Below the pieces are notes generated by a model. It searched no databases, was not told the DNA's origin, and worked only from the letters and a program-made list of their open reading frames with translations. A DNA stretch of 64,000 nt, taken from assembly GCA_029858565.1 (NCBI GenBank), contig JAOUEV010000007.1, positions 32,001 through 96,000 of the forward strand, read 5' to 3'. Positions 36,657 to 45,281 of the stretch are shown here, piece by piece (the first letter of the stretch is position 1; each line of letters begins with the position of its first letter). Source of the stretch: Nitrospirota bacterium (lineage in GTDB: Bacteria; Nitrospirota; UBA9217). The position numbers and the translations under genes are program-made.

Positions 36657-38639
36657 ATGAGAGAAGACCAGAAATCCGTTGACCCGGCAGCGCAGGTAAT
36701 GCTGAAAGTGGCCGGCTTGAAAAAAATCGAAACATCCTTCGAACGCGCGGAGAGGCTCAAACCCTGTCCGATCGGACATCAGGGCGCATGCTGTAAAATG
36801 TGCCACATGGGCCCCTGCCGTCTTGTGGGCAAGGAAGAAGAGGCCGAGGGCGTGTGCGGAGCAACCCTGCCGGTCGTGACAGCGCGGAACTTCGCGCGAA
36901 TGGTTGCCGCGGGCACTGCTGCCCATTCTGACCATGCCCGCGACCTGGCGAACACGCTGCTCGCCGTGGGCCGCGGCGAGGCCAAGGACTTCCAGGTCAA
37001 GGACGTGCGCAAGCTGAACCGCGTTGCCGGCTACCTCGGCATCAATGTCGAGGGAAAAGCGGTCAACAAGGTGGCCGAGGAGGTGGCGCTCAAATTCCTG
37101 GAGCAGTTCGGCCAGCAGCGGGGCACGCTTGCCTATCTCGGACGGGCGCCCAAGAAACGGCAGGAGATCTGGAAAAAGCTGGGGCTCGCACCGCGGGCAA
37201 TTGACCGCGAGTGCGTTGAGATGCTGCACCGCACGACCATGGGTGTGGACCAGGAGATGGAGAATATCATGCTCGGCGCCATGCGCGCGGCCCTGGCAGA
37301 CGGCTGGGGCGGTTCCATGATGGGCACGGACATTTCCGACATCCTCTTCGGCACCCCGAAGCCGGTCCGGTCCAATGCCAGCCTTGACGTGTTCATGGAA
37401 GATCATGTGAACCTGGTGGTGCACGGCCATGAACCTTCCTTTGCCGAGATGCTCGTCATCGCATCAGAGGACCCGGAGATCGAGGCATACGCCAAGTCCA
37501 AGGGCGCCAAGGGCGTGAAGCTCGTGGGCATGTGCTGCACTGCGAACGAGATCCTGATTCGCCACGGCATTCCGACGGCGGGAGGGTTCCTGCAGCAGGA
37601 ACTCGGTATCCTCACGGGTATGGTCGAGGCCATGGTCGTAGACGTCCAGTGCATCATGCCGGCTATCGGCGAACTGTCAAAGAAGTATCATACCAAGATT
37701 GTTACGACCACGAACAAAGGCAAGATGAAGGATGCCATCCACATCGAGTATGACGAGCATCATGCGCTCGATCTTGCCAAGAAGGTCGTACGTCTTGCCA
37801 TCGACAATTTCCCGAACCGGAAAAAGGATATGGTGTCGCCCCCTCATATCAAGCCTGCTGACATGATCGCCGGTTTCTCGCATGAATATATCGAATACAT
37901 GCAGGGCGGTCTCTATCGCGGGTCCTTCCGGCCGCTGAACGACGCGATCATCGCCGGCCGTGTGCGCGGCATTGTGGGGCTGGCAGGCTGCAACAACCCC
38001 AGGATCAGCCAGGACAGTATGCACAACTTCCTGACGCGGGAACTGATCAAGAACGATGTGCTGGTGGTCCAGACGGGCTGCTCTGCCATGGCTTCCGCCA
38101 AGGCCGGGTACATGACACCGGAGAACGCCATGGAGAATGCCGGCAAGGGTCTACGCGAGGTCTGTGAAGCCATCGGTATCCCGCCGGTGCTCCACATGGG
38201 CTCCTGCGTGGACAATTCGCGCATTCTGACCGTGGCTTCCGCCATTGCCGAGGAAGGCGGTCTCGGAGACGATATCGGCGGTCTTCCGGCTGTGGGTATA
38301 GCTCCGGAGTGGATGAGCGAAAAGGCAATCGCCATCGGCACCTACTTCGTGGCATCCGGTGTTCCGATCATCTTCGGCGCGGGTTCACCGGTCAGCGCCA
38401 GCAAATCGATGAAGGACCTGATGGAAAATAAGTGGTGGGACCTGGTGAACGCGGGCTTCTACTTTGAAGAGGACCCGGGAAAGATCCTGGAACTGGCACT
38501 TAAAATGATCGATGCGGCTCGTGAGAAGCTCAAGATCAGGAAATACGAGCCCGGTCGATTCGGCACTGAGCGCGTACTGATGGATATGGCGGCGCGGCGC
38601 GCGGCCTCATTTGCCACGCCTCACGGTGAAGTCGTGTAG
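36657..38639 (+). CDS. cooS: Anaerobic Ni-Fe carbon monoxide dehydrogenase catalytic subunit
   Basis: CPIG..GACCKMCHMGPC..GVC, AHSDH, HGHEP, GMCCT, DVQC, AGCNN, TGCS, GSCVDN and MSEKA; D/B/C-cluster ligands appear intact. Confidence 0.95.
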   Translation: MREDQKSVDPAAQVMLKVAGLKKIETSFERAERLKPCPIGHQGACCKMCHMGPCRLVGKEEEAEGVCGATLPVVTARNFARMVAAGTAAHSDHARDLANTLLAVGRGEAKDFQVKDVRKLNRVAGYLGINVEGKAVNKVAEEVALKFLEQFGQQRGTLAYLGRAPKKRQEIWKKLGLAPRAIDRECVEMLHRTTMGVDQEMENIMLGAMRAALADGWGGSMMGTDISDILFGTPKPVRSNASLDVFMEDHVNLVVHGHEPSFAEMLVIASEDPEIEAYAKSKGAKGVKLVGMCCTANEILIRHGIPTAGGFLQQELGILTGMVEAMVVDVQCIMPAIGELSKKYHTKIVTTTNKGKMKDAIHIEYDEHHALDLAKKVVRLAIDNFPNRKKDMVSPPHIKPADMIAGFSHEYIEYMQGGLYRGSFRPLNDAIIAGRVRGIVGLAGCNNPRISQDSMHNFLTRELIKNDVLVVQTGCSAMASAKAGYMTPENAMENAGKGLREVCEAIGIPPVLHMGSCVDNSRILTVASAIAEEGGLGDDIGGLPAVGIAPEWMSEKAIAIGTYFVASGVPIIFGAGSPVSASKSMKDLMENKWWDLVNAGFYFEEDPGKILELALKMIDAAREKLKIRKYEPGRFGTERVLMDMAARRAASFATPHGEVV

Positions 38640-38671
38640 TCTGATAAAATATCTCAGGTAGTTTAGGTGCT

Positions 38672-38705
38672 AAGGCCGGAGGGAGATTCCCTCCGGCCTT
38701 TTTTT
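38672..38705 (+). terminator. Intrinsic terminator
   Basis: AAGGCCGGAGGGA/TCCCTCCGGCCTT stem plus a T-run. Confidence 0.85.
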
Positions 38706-38890
38706 CACTGCTCCCTGGAATCTGTGGGGGCTGTCGGAGCGGTAACAGCTTATTGCCTGTACGGGAAGTGTTTTCTCGGAGTTCTCGCCCGCATTCGCCG
38801 GTTTTATTACCGTATATGTTGTGGTTTTCACTCTTCACGTCCACAAGATGCGGTATCTTGTTGATAAATTTCAAATAAATTATAATTATC

Positions 38891-38936
38891 TTGACAACCG
38901 AATTGTTTTAAGTATCATAGTAACTATACTTACTAT
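38891..38936 (+). promoter_or_regulatory. Promoter and palindromic operator candidate for merR-pilMNOPQ
   Basis: TTGACA-N16-TATCAT; ATAGTAA-N6-TTACTAT inverted repeat at 38917-38936. Confidence 0.55.
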
Positions 38937-38970
38937 AACCAGATACACTAGTACGATCGGAGAGGCTGCG

Positions 38971-39168
38971 ATGGTTAAGCGCAAAAACCCGAAAAAGTAT
39001 AAGACTAAGGAGATCTGCGATAGATTTGATATCTCCCGTGCAACGCTTTTTCGCTGGGAGAGCGAGGGATTGCTTACTGACGTCGAGCGCGACTGGCGCG
39101 GCTGGCGGGTGTACGGTGACATGAATCTGCGCGAGATCGAGAAGATCATCAGGAATAAGACCGCGTAA
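38971..39168 (+). CDS. Stand-alone MerR-type HTH protein (65 aa)
   Basis: YKTKEICDRFDISRATLFRWESEGLL..ERDWRGWRVY; GGAGAGG RBS. Confidence 0.85.
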   Translation: MVKRKNPKKYKTKEICDRFDISRATLFRWESEGLLTDVERDWRGWRVYGDMNLREIEKIIRNKTA

Positions 39169-39201
39169 CGACCGGAGAACGATTCCCCACAGGGAGACCG
39201 C

Positions 39202-40254
39202 ATGCTGTTCGGAAAAAAAATAGAACCAATCGCCCTTGATATCGGATCAACGCTGATCAAGCTTGTGCAGCTCAAGGGGACCGGCAAGAGCTTCAGTCTG
39301 AGCAAGTTCGGGATGATCCCGCTTCCCCCCGAGGTGATCGTGGAAGGTGCGGTGATGGACGCGAACCGCGTTTCCGAAGCGATCAAGGAGCTTATCGCCG
39401 CCCAGAAGATCAAGACCAAGGAGGTCGTACTCTCCGTATCGGGAAGTTCGGTGATCATCAAACGTGTTTCCATCGCCGACATGACCGATGAGGAGCTCAG
39501 CGAGTCCATTAAATGGGAAGCGGAGCAGTATATTCCCTTTTCCATCGATGATGTGAACGTCGATTTCCAGAAACTTGGTCCCGGAGCCGCTGAAGGGCAG
39601 GCGGACATCCTCCTGGTCGCCGTCAAGAAGGACAAAATCAATGATTATGTGAACCTGGTGAAGGACGCTGGGCTTGAGCCGGTTGTCGTGGACGTGGACG
39701 CGTTCGCGCTTGCCAATATGTACGAGATGAACTATGAGGTGGAAGGCGGCATCACGGCGCTGTTGAACATCGGGGCCTCGGTGATGAACATCAATGTGCT
39801 GAAGGACGGCGGATCCATCTTTACCCGAGACATCACTGTCGGCGGCAACCGGTATATCGAAGCGCTGCAGCGGGACGCCGGATTGACCTATGAGGACGCC
39901 GAAAAGGTGAAACGCGGCGAGCCGGTCGACGGGGGAGATAAGGACCAGCTGACCGGGATCGTTTCGACGGTCACCGAGGATATCGTCGGCGAGATCCAGC
40001 GCTCATTCGATTTCTTCCGGTCCACGACCGGGAGCGAGGCGGTAAGCAGAGTCCTGATATGCGGCGGGTGCGCCAAGATACCCGAGTTCAGCAAGACCTT
40101 GTCCAGCCGGCTGGAAATCCCGGTGGACGTCATCAATCCGTTCAAGAACATCAAAGTCGATCCGAAGCACTTTGACGCCGGTTTTATCAGTGAGTCGGCT
40201 CCTCTGGCGGCTATAGCAGTAGGTCTTGCGATGAGGAGGCCAGGCGATCGATGA
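39202..40254 (+). CDS. pilM: Type IV pilus assembly protein PilM
   Basis: ALDIGSTLIK, WEAEQYIPF, NIGAS and AVGLAMR. Confidence 0.95.
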   Translation: MLFGKKIEPIALDIGSTLIKLVQLKGTGKSFSLSKFGMIPLPPEVIVEGAVMDANRVSEAIKELIAAQKIKTKEVVLSVSGSSVIIKRVSIADMTDEELSESIKWEAEQYIPFSIDDVNVDFQKLGPGAAEGQADILLVAVKKDKINDYVNLVKDAGLEPVVVDVDAFALANMYEMNYEVEGGITALLNIGASVMNINVLKDGGSIFTRDITVGGNRYIEALQRDAGLTYEDAEKVKRGEPVDGGDKDQLTGIVSTVTEDIVGEIQRSFDFFRSTTGSEAVSRVLICGGCAKIPEFSKTLSSRLEIPVDVINPFKNIKVDPKHFDAGFISESAPLAAIAVGLAMRRPGDR

Positions 40255-40799
40255 TTAAGATCAACTTATTGCCGACAAAGCGCAAGCCCTCGCGCAAGAT
40301 AACCGATCTGCAGAAACAGGCGGTGCTCGGCGGCCTGATCCTGGGCGGCGTCATCACCGGCATGGTTCTCTACACGGCAAGCTTGAACCAGAAGATCGCA
40401 CAGCGCCAGCAGAAACGCGATGCCACCAAGACGAAAATCGCGCAGCAGGAGACCATGCTGAAAGAGGTCAAGAACGTCGAAGACGAGGAAAAGAAGGTCA
40501 CGGAAAAGATCAACGTCATCGAACAGCTCAAGAAGAACCAGCAGGGGCCGGTACGGATGCTCGATGAGATCAGCAGGGCCGTTCCGACCGGCATTGGAAT
40601 AACCTCAATCACGGAAGCCGCCGGCAGGATCAATATCAACGGCGATGCCTTTACGAATGAGGACATTGTGAAGTTCGTGGAGAACCTGAAGGCTTCACCA
40701 TTTTTTCAGGAAATCTATCTTCTGGAGTCAATGCTTGCGAAAGAGAAGGAAACGGAGATCTACCGTTTCAAGCTCCAGATGAAGTACAAGGGGGTCTGA
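40251..40799 (+). CDS. pilN: PilN
   Basis: MIKINLLP motif, TM and coiled coil; gene order. Confidence 0.92.
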   Translation: MIKINLLPTKRKPSRKITDLQKQAVLGGLILGGVITGMVLYTASLNQKIAQRQQKRDATKTKIAQQETMLKEVKNVEDEEKKVTEKINVIEQLKKNQQGPVRMLDEISRAVPTGIGITSITEAAGRININGDAFTNEDIVKFVENLKASPFFQEIYLLESMLAKEKETEIYRFKLQMKYKGV

Positions 40800-41431
40800 T
40801 GAAGACGCCGGCGATCCTCGAAAAGATCCAGAAGATCCCGACCAAGACCCGTGCCATCGCATTTGGCGTGGTTACCGCATTGGTGACGATCCTGTTCATC
40901 TGGCAGGTCCACATTCCCAAGACGAGCGAGATCGGCAAGCTGGACACGGAGATCGCGGGCCTGGAAGCGACAATGCGCGACAATGACGCGAAGATCAAGA
41001 AGCTTGACATGTTGAAGGCCAAGGTCAAGGAGCTCCAGGAAAAGTTGAAGGTCCTGACCAAGCAGCTGCCACCTGAGTCGGAAGTGTCCGGCTTGCTGCG
41101 TGAGATCCAGAATCTGGTGAACAAGGCCGGCCTCACGCTCAAACTGTGGAAGCCCGATAAGAGAAAGCCCGGATGCAGCGGTATGTGTGAAGAGATACCA
41201 ATCTCGCTGAAGCTCCTCGGCGGGTATCATAACGTCGCAATGTTCTACGACAGCGTCAGCAAGCTGACCCGCATCGTGAACATTGCTAATGTCAAAATGG
41301 GCGGCGCCAAGGTGGGGAACAGCGGACTTATGGAGATCGAGATCGACTGTACCGCAATGACCTTCGCCGCGACGGAGAAAAAGATGGAAGAGAAGACAGC
41401 GGTGCCGGTAGCCGTTAAACAGGTTAAATAG
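40799..41431 (+). CDS. pilO: PilO
   Basis: TM, coiled coil, QLP.ESEV..LL and GGYHNVAMF..VSKLTRIVN. Confidence 0.92.
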   Translation: MKTPAILEKIQKIPTKTRAIAFGVVTALVTILFIWQVHIPKTSEIGKLDTEIAGLEATMRDNDAKIKKLDMLKAKVKELQEKLKVLTKQLPPESEVSGLLREIQNLVNKAGLTLKLWKPDKRKPGCSGMCEEIPISLKLLGGYHNVAMFYDSVSKLTRIVNIANVKMGGAKVGNSGLMEIEIDCTAMTFAATEKKMEEKTAVPVAVKQVK

Positions 41432-41432
41432 C

Positions 41433-41981
41433 ATGCGAAATAAAATCTCATTCTTGATTTCCATGGTGATTGCCGGGATGCTGCTTGGGGGCTGCTCAGA
41501 CTCAGCTAAACCTGCGCCACCGGCACCGGTCGCTCCCACGCCGATAGCGACGACGCCGACCGTCACGGCGCCGGTCTCGGCAGCGACCGTGACCAGTGCG
41601 CCGTCATCAACGGTCGCAGCTCCGGTCGCCTATGCCTACAATCCACAGGGTCGACGGGATCCCTTTACTCCCCTTATTCTCAAGGAGGAGAAAAAGGCGT
41701 TTATCGGCGCGAGAACGCCGCTGGAACGGTATGCTATCCATGAGTTCAAGCTGGCAGGGATCGTATGGGGCGGTCTCGGGTATCATGCCATGCTCGAGGG
41801 GCCCGATGGCAAGGGGTATTTCGTGAAGGAGAAAACGATCATCGGTCCGAACCGCGGTATTGTCAGGAGGATCACCCAGAGCAATATGATCGTTGAAGAG
41901 CGGTATCGCGATCCGTCCGGGGAAATGAAAAAGAAGGAAATCGTCATCGAGCTTCGCAAATCACAGGAGGGGACACCATGA
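41433..41981 (+). CDS. pilP: PilP lipoprotein
   Basis: Lipobox LGGC; YNPQGRRDPF and PLERY...KLAGIVW. Confidence 0.9.
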   Translation: MRNKISFLISMVIAGMLLGGCSDSAKPAPPAPVAPTPIATTPTVTAPVSAATVTSAPSSTVAAPVAYAYNPQGRRDPFTPLILKEEKKAFIGARTPLERYAIHEFKLAGIVWGGLGYHAMLEGPDGKGYFVKEKTIIGPNRGIVRRITQSNMIVEERYRDPSGEMKKKEIVIELRKSQEGTP

Positions 41982-44374
41982 ATGTCCAGACACCCCTTAG
42001 TAGTATCACATCCCGGGGAGACTCGAGAAGGGGCGTGAGCCGCGCTGCCGGGAAACTGGGCTGCTGGCTCATCGTCCTCGCACTAGGATCGATGCTGCTC
42101 GTAAGCGGCTGCGGTCGCAAGAAGCCTCCGGTCGAGGAACTCCCCAAGGCTCTCACTATCCAGTCGATCACGCCGCGGGTAGCCGACTCCCGCATGGAGA
42201 TCGTTATCGAAGGAAGTGAATCCATTCTGCAATACACCTCATTTCAGTTGACCGAACCGCTCCGGCTGGTCGTCGACATCACCGATGCGGACCTGGGCAC
42301 TCTGCGGGATAAGATCGTTGTTCAGAAGGGGCCGGTCATCGATATTACGCCAAGCCAGATCGACAATATCGCCCGCCTGGAGATCGTTCTTTCCCAGCCG
42401 GTCGACAGCAAGGTGTTCCATTCCCTTGGCAAGCTGATGATCGAGTTGGGCAAACCGGTGGAGACCACCAAAGCCACTCCCGAGGAGGTGATAGCCTCAC
42501 CTTCGACCGAGCCTGAATCGGCTCCGAAACCCGAGGTCGCCGCAGGTCCCCCTGCGAAGGTCGTCAAAGCCGTCCAGGCCACGGCGACCAAGGATGGCAG
42601 CACAATTGTGATCACCGGTGACGGAACCATGAAGCCGAATACCTTCATGATCGAGGGCAAGAAGCTGGTGATCGATATCCCGTCGACAAAAAGCCGCGTG
42701 CGGCAAAAAGTAATTCCGGTACGCAAAGGCGGGATCGACAAGGTCCGCGTGGGTCAGCATGGCGCTCCGGACCAGAAAGTCCGCGTTGTCGTTGATCTGA
42801 AAAAACAGATGGATTATACCGTAACGCCCGAGGGGAACACGCTGATCGTGGCATTCGTGCCCGCGGCTGCGAAGGCGGAAGAAGCCCCTCAGGAGCGGGC
42901 AGCGCAGGCGCCTGAGGCTGCACCGGCAGCGGTCGAGAAAGAAGTCGCGCAAACCGCGGCAGTGCCTCAGCCCGGCGACGCTGCGCCTGCGTCCGTGATC
43001 GCCGAAGCAGCTCCGGCCAAGCCCGAGCCGTCGCCAATAAAGCCGGAAGCCGCGCCGACACAGAACGTGATCGGCACGCCTGATATCCTCGTGGGAGGGA
43101 AAAAATACACGGGCCGCAGGATATCCCTTGATCTGCAGGATGCGGACCTGGTGAATGTCCTTCGTCTGTTCGGTGAACTGGCGAACTTGAACATGATCCT
43201 TGCTCCGGACGTAAAGGGCAAGGTCACGGTCAGGCTGGTCAACATTCCCTGGGACCAGGCCATGGAGATCATCCTGAAGATGAACGGCCTCGGTTACGTG
43301 ATCGAGGACAGCATCCTTAGGATCGCGAGCCAGGCAGCTTTGGCAAAGGAAGCAGACGAGGAGCTGAGGACCAAGGAAGCCAAGAAGAAGGTCGAGGACC
43401 TGATCACTCGCCTCATCCCGATCAACTATTCAACCGCCTCAGGCATAGAAGCGACGATAAAGAAGTCCCTTTCTGCGCGAGGTGAGACTGTTGTGGACGG
43501 CCGGACCAATACGCTGATCGTGAAGGATATCTCCCGCAACATGGAGGACATTGTCGAGCTTATCAAACGGCTCGACCGTCCTACCCCCCAGATCATGATC
43601 GAGGCACGGATCGTGGAAGCCTCGCTCAACTTCAACCGGACTATCGGCGTGCAGTGGGGCGGGGGATTCAATGCGTCCGCGGCAACGGGAAACCCGACGG
43701 GATTATCATTCCCCAATTCCGTTGGTGTTACCGGCGGCCCGACGATGGGGCAGACACCGTCAGGAAGCGGGAACTATTTTGTCAACATTCCGGCGCCTGC
43801 AGGCGCGGGGACCGGCGGCGGCGCTGTCGGCATCAGTTTCGGCTCGCTCAGCAAGGCGCTGAACCTTGATCTGGTGCTTTCGGCGATGGAGTCGACCGGT
43901 GAAGGCAAGGTTATATCAACGCCGCGCGTCAGCGCCCTTGACAATAAGGAAGCCAAAATCGAACAGGGCGTGTCGATCCCCTTCGCGACTTCTCAGGCCG
44001 GCGGCGCGACGAATGTGCAGTTCATCGATGCCAAACTATCACTTATTGTGACGCCCCATGCAACACCGGACAACAAGATCTATCTTAAGATCAAGGCAGC
44101 CAAGAACGCGCCGGACACATCGCTGCTGGGTGCTTCGGGACAGCCGTCGATCCGCAAGAACGAAGCGGAAACCGAGATCCTGCTCACCGACGGCGAGACA
44201 GCGGTGATCGGCGGCATTCTTATTGTCGATCGGGGTCAGACCATCAGTAAGATTCCGTTCTTTGGAGACCTTCCTTTGATCGGCTGGTTGTTCAAGAGCA
44301 AGTCAACGCGCGAAGAAAAGCGTGAACTTCTGATCTTTATCACGCCGCGGGTGATCAAGCAGGAGATTATATAG
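41978..44374 (+). CDS. pilQ: Type IV pilus secretin PilQ with two AMIN domains
   Basis: RLVVDI AMIN repeats, YTGRRISLDLQDAD, PWDQA, QIMIEARIVE and ELLIFITPR. Confidence 0.95.
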   Translation: MNVQTPLSSITSRGDSRRGVSRAAGKLGCWLIVLALGSMLLVSGCGRKKPPVEELPKALTIQSITPRVADSRMEIVIEGSESILQYTSFQLTEPLRLVVDITDADLGTLRDKIVVQKGPVIDITPSQIDNIARLEIVLSQPVDSKVFHSLGKLMIELGKPVETTKATPEEVIASPSTEPESAPKPEVAAGPPAKVVKAVQATATKDGSTIVITGDGTMKPNTFMIEGKKLVIDIPSTKSRVRQKVIPVRKGGIDKVRVGQHGAPDQKVRVVVDLKKQMDYTVTPEGNTLIVAFVPAAAKAEEAPQERAAQAPEAAPAAVEKEVAQTAAVPQPGDAAPASVIAEAAPAKPEPSPIKPEAAPTQNVIGTPDILVGGKKYTGRRISLDLQDADLVNVLRLFGELANLNMILAPDVKGKVTVRLVNIPWDQAMEIILKMNGLGYVIEDSILRIASQAALAKEADEELRTKEAKKKVEDLITRLIPINYSTASGIEATIKKSLSARGETVVDGRTNTLIVKDISRNMEDIVELIKRLDRPTPQIMIEARIVEASLNFNRTIGVQWGGGFNASAATGNPTGLSFPNSVGVTGGPTMGQTPSGSGNYFVNIPAPAGAGTGGGAVGISFGSLSKALNLDLVLSAMESTGEGKVISTPRVSALDNKEAKIEQGVSIPFATSQAGGATNVQFIDAKLSLIVTPHATPDNKIYLKIKAAKNAPDTSLLGASGQPSIRKNEAETEILLTDGETAVIGGILIVDRGQTISKIPFFGDLPLIGWLFKSKSTREEKRELLIFITPRVIKQEII

Positions 44375-44392
44375 TATTTTAGGAGGTCTAAC

Positions 44393-44995
44393 ATGCGGAC
44401 CGTAAAGCAATATTCTATTATTATCATCTCTCTTGTTCTATTATCGGGTGTGTTGCTGACCAGTTGCGGTCAGCCGATCGCGGACGCTCTGGGGTGTCCC
44501 GCAGGCACGTATCTGGCGAACTCAACGGACATTATTACAGGTCCTGCTGATGTGAACTTCACGGGGCTGTCTGTTTTCAATAACCCATACCCGGGGGGGA
44601 CCGTGAACTTAGCACCTCTCACGTTTATAGTGACAGATAGTAGAGGTGTGCCGCGCAACAATGTCTGTTTACTGCTTTATACCGGTGACACAAGTGCCAG
44701 CCCTGGTCCCTTTTGGTATGCCGACGCAAATTATGCAGCCGGAGCAGTGATCTACGGGGCAGGTCCTTTTAATGCCCGCACTGTTGTTACGAATGACGCT
44801 GGTGGTGCAACAGTGTATTGGTCAACTGCTACCCTGCCAGCAGCCATTCCTAAAACGATGGATACGGTAGGGCCGCCACCGACCTACATCGCAGGAGGGG
44901 ATCTGACCGGCACATCATTCATTCAAGTTGATTCCGGCGCGCAATCTCTGAAATTCAATGTGAATTGGACGGTACAGGGTGAGCCGGAATCATAA
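44393..44995 (+). CDS. Lipoprotein of unknown function (beta-rich)
   Basis: Lipobox LTSC; AGGAGGT RBS; 18 nt after pilQ. Confidence 0.75.
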   Translation: MRTVKQYSIIIISLVLLSGVLLTSCGQPIADALGCPAGTYLANSTDIITGPADVNFTGLSVFNNPYPGGTVNLAPLTFIVTDSRGVPRNNVCLLLYTGDTSASPGPFWYADANYAAGAVIYGAGPFNARTVVTNDAGGATVYWSTATLPAAIPKTMDTVGPPPTYIAGGDLTGTSFIQVDSGAQSLKFNVNWTVQGEPES

Positions 44996-45281
44996 AATAT
45001 GCAGTGCAAATAAATGACTCTCAAGATGACGGCGGTCAAGTCGTGAAAAGAGTGGTATAATCTATAAAGAATAATTGCTTGAAGCACGCAAAAAGCGACA
45101 GCGGTGAACCGGGCGGTAATATCCGCAGTTATTGAATGTCTCCACGATTGATTCATGCGATGCATATGAGTGTGCGGAGTGGATCCTCAGAAACTCCAGA
45201 CTTCGCTGCGAATGACATGAAGGATTTCACAAGGAAACTTTTGAGAACGGTCGTTTTTGAAAAGCGACGAGGAGTAATGTT

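Noticed and set aside
45215-45232. Rex-like site ACATGAA-GGAT-TTCACAA
   Set aside because: Only one half-site matches well and there is no supporting context.
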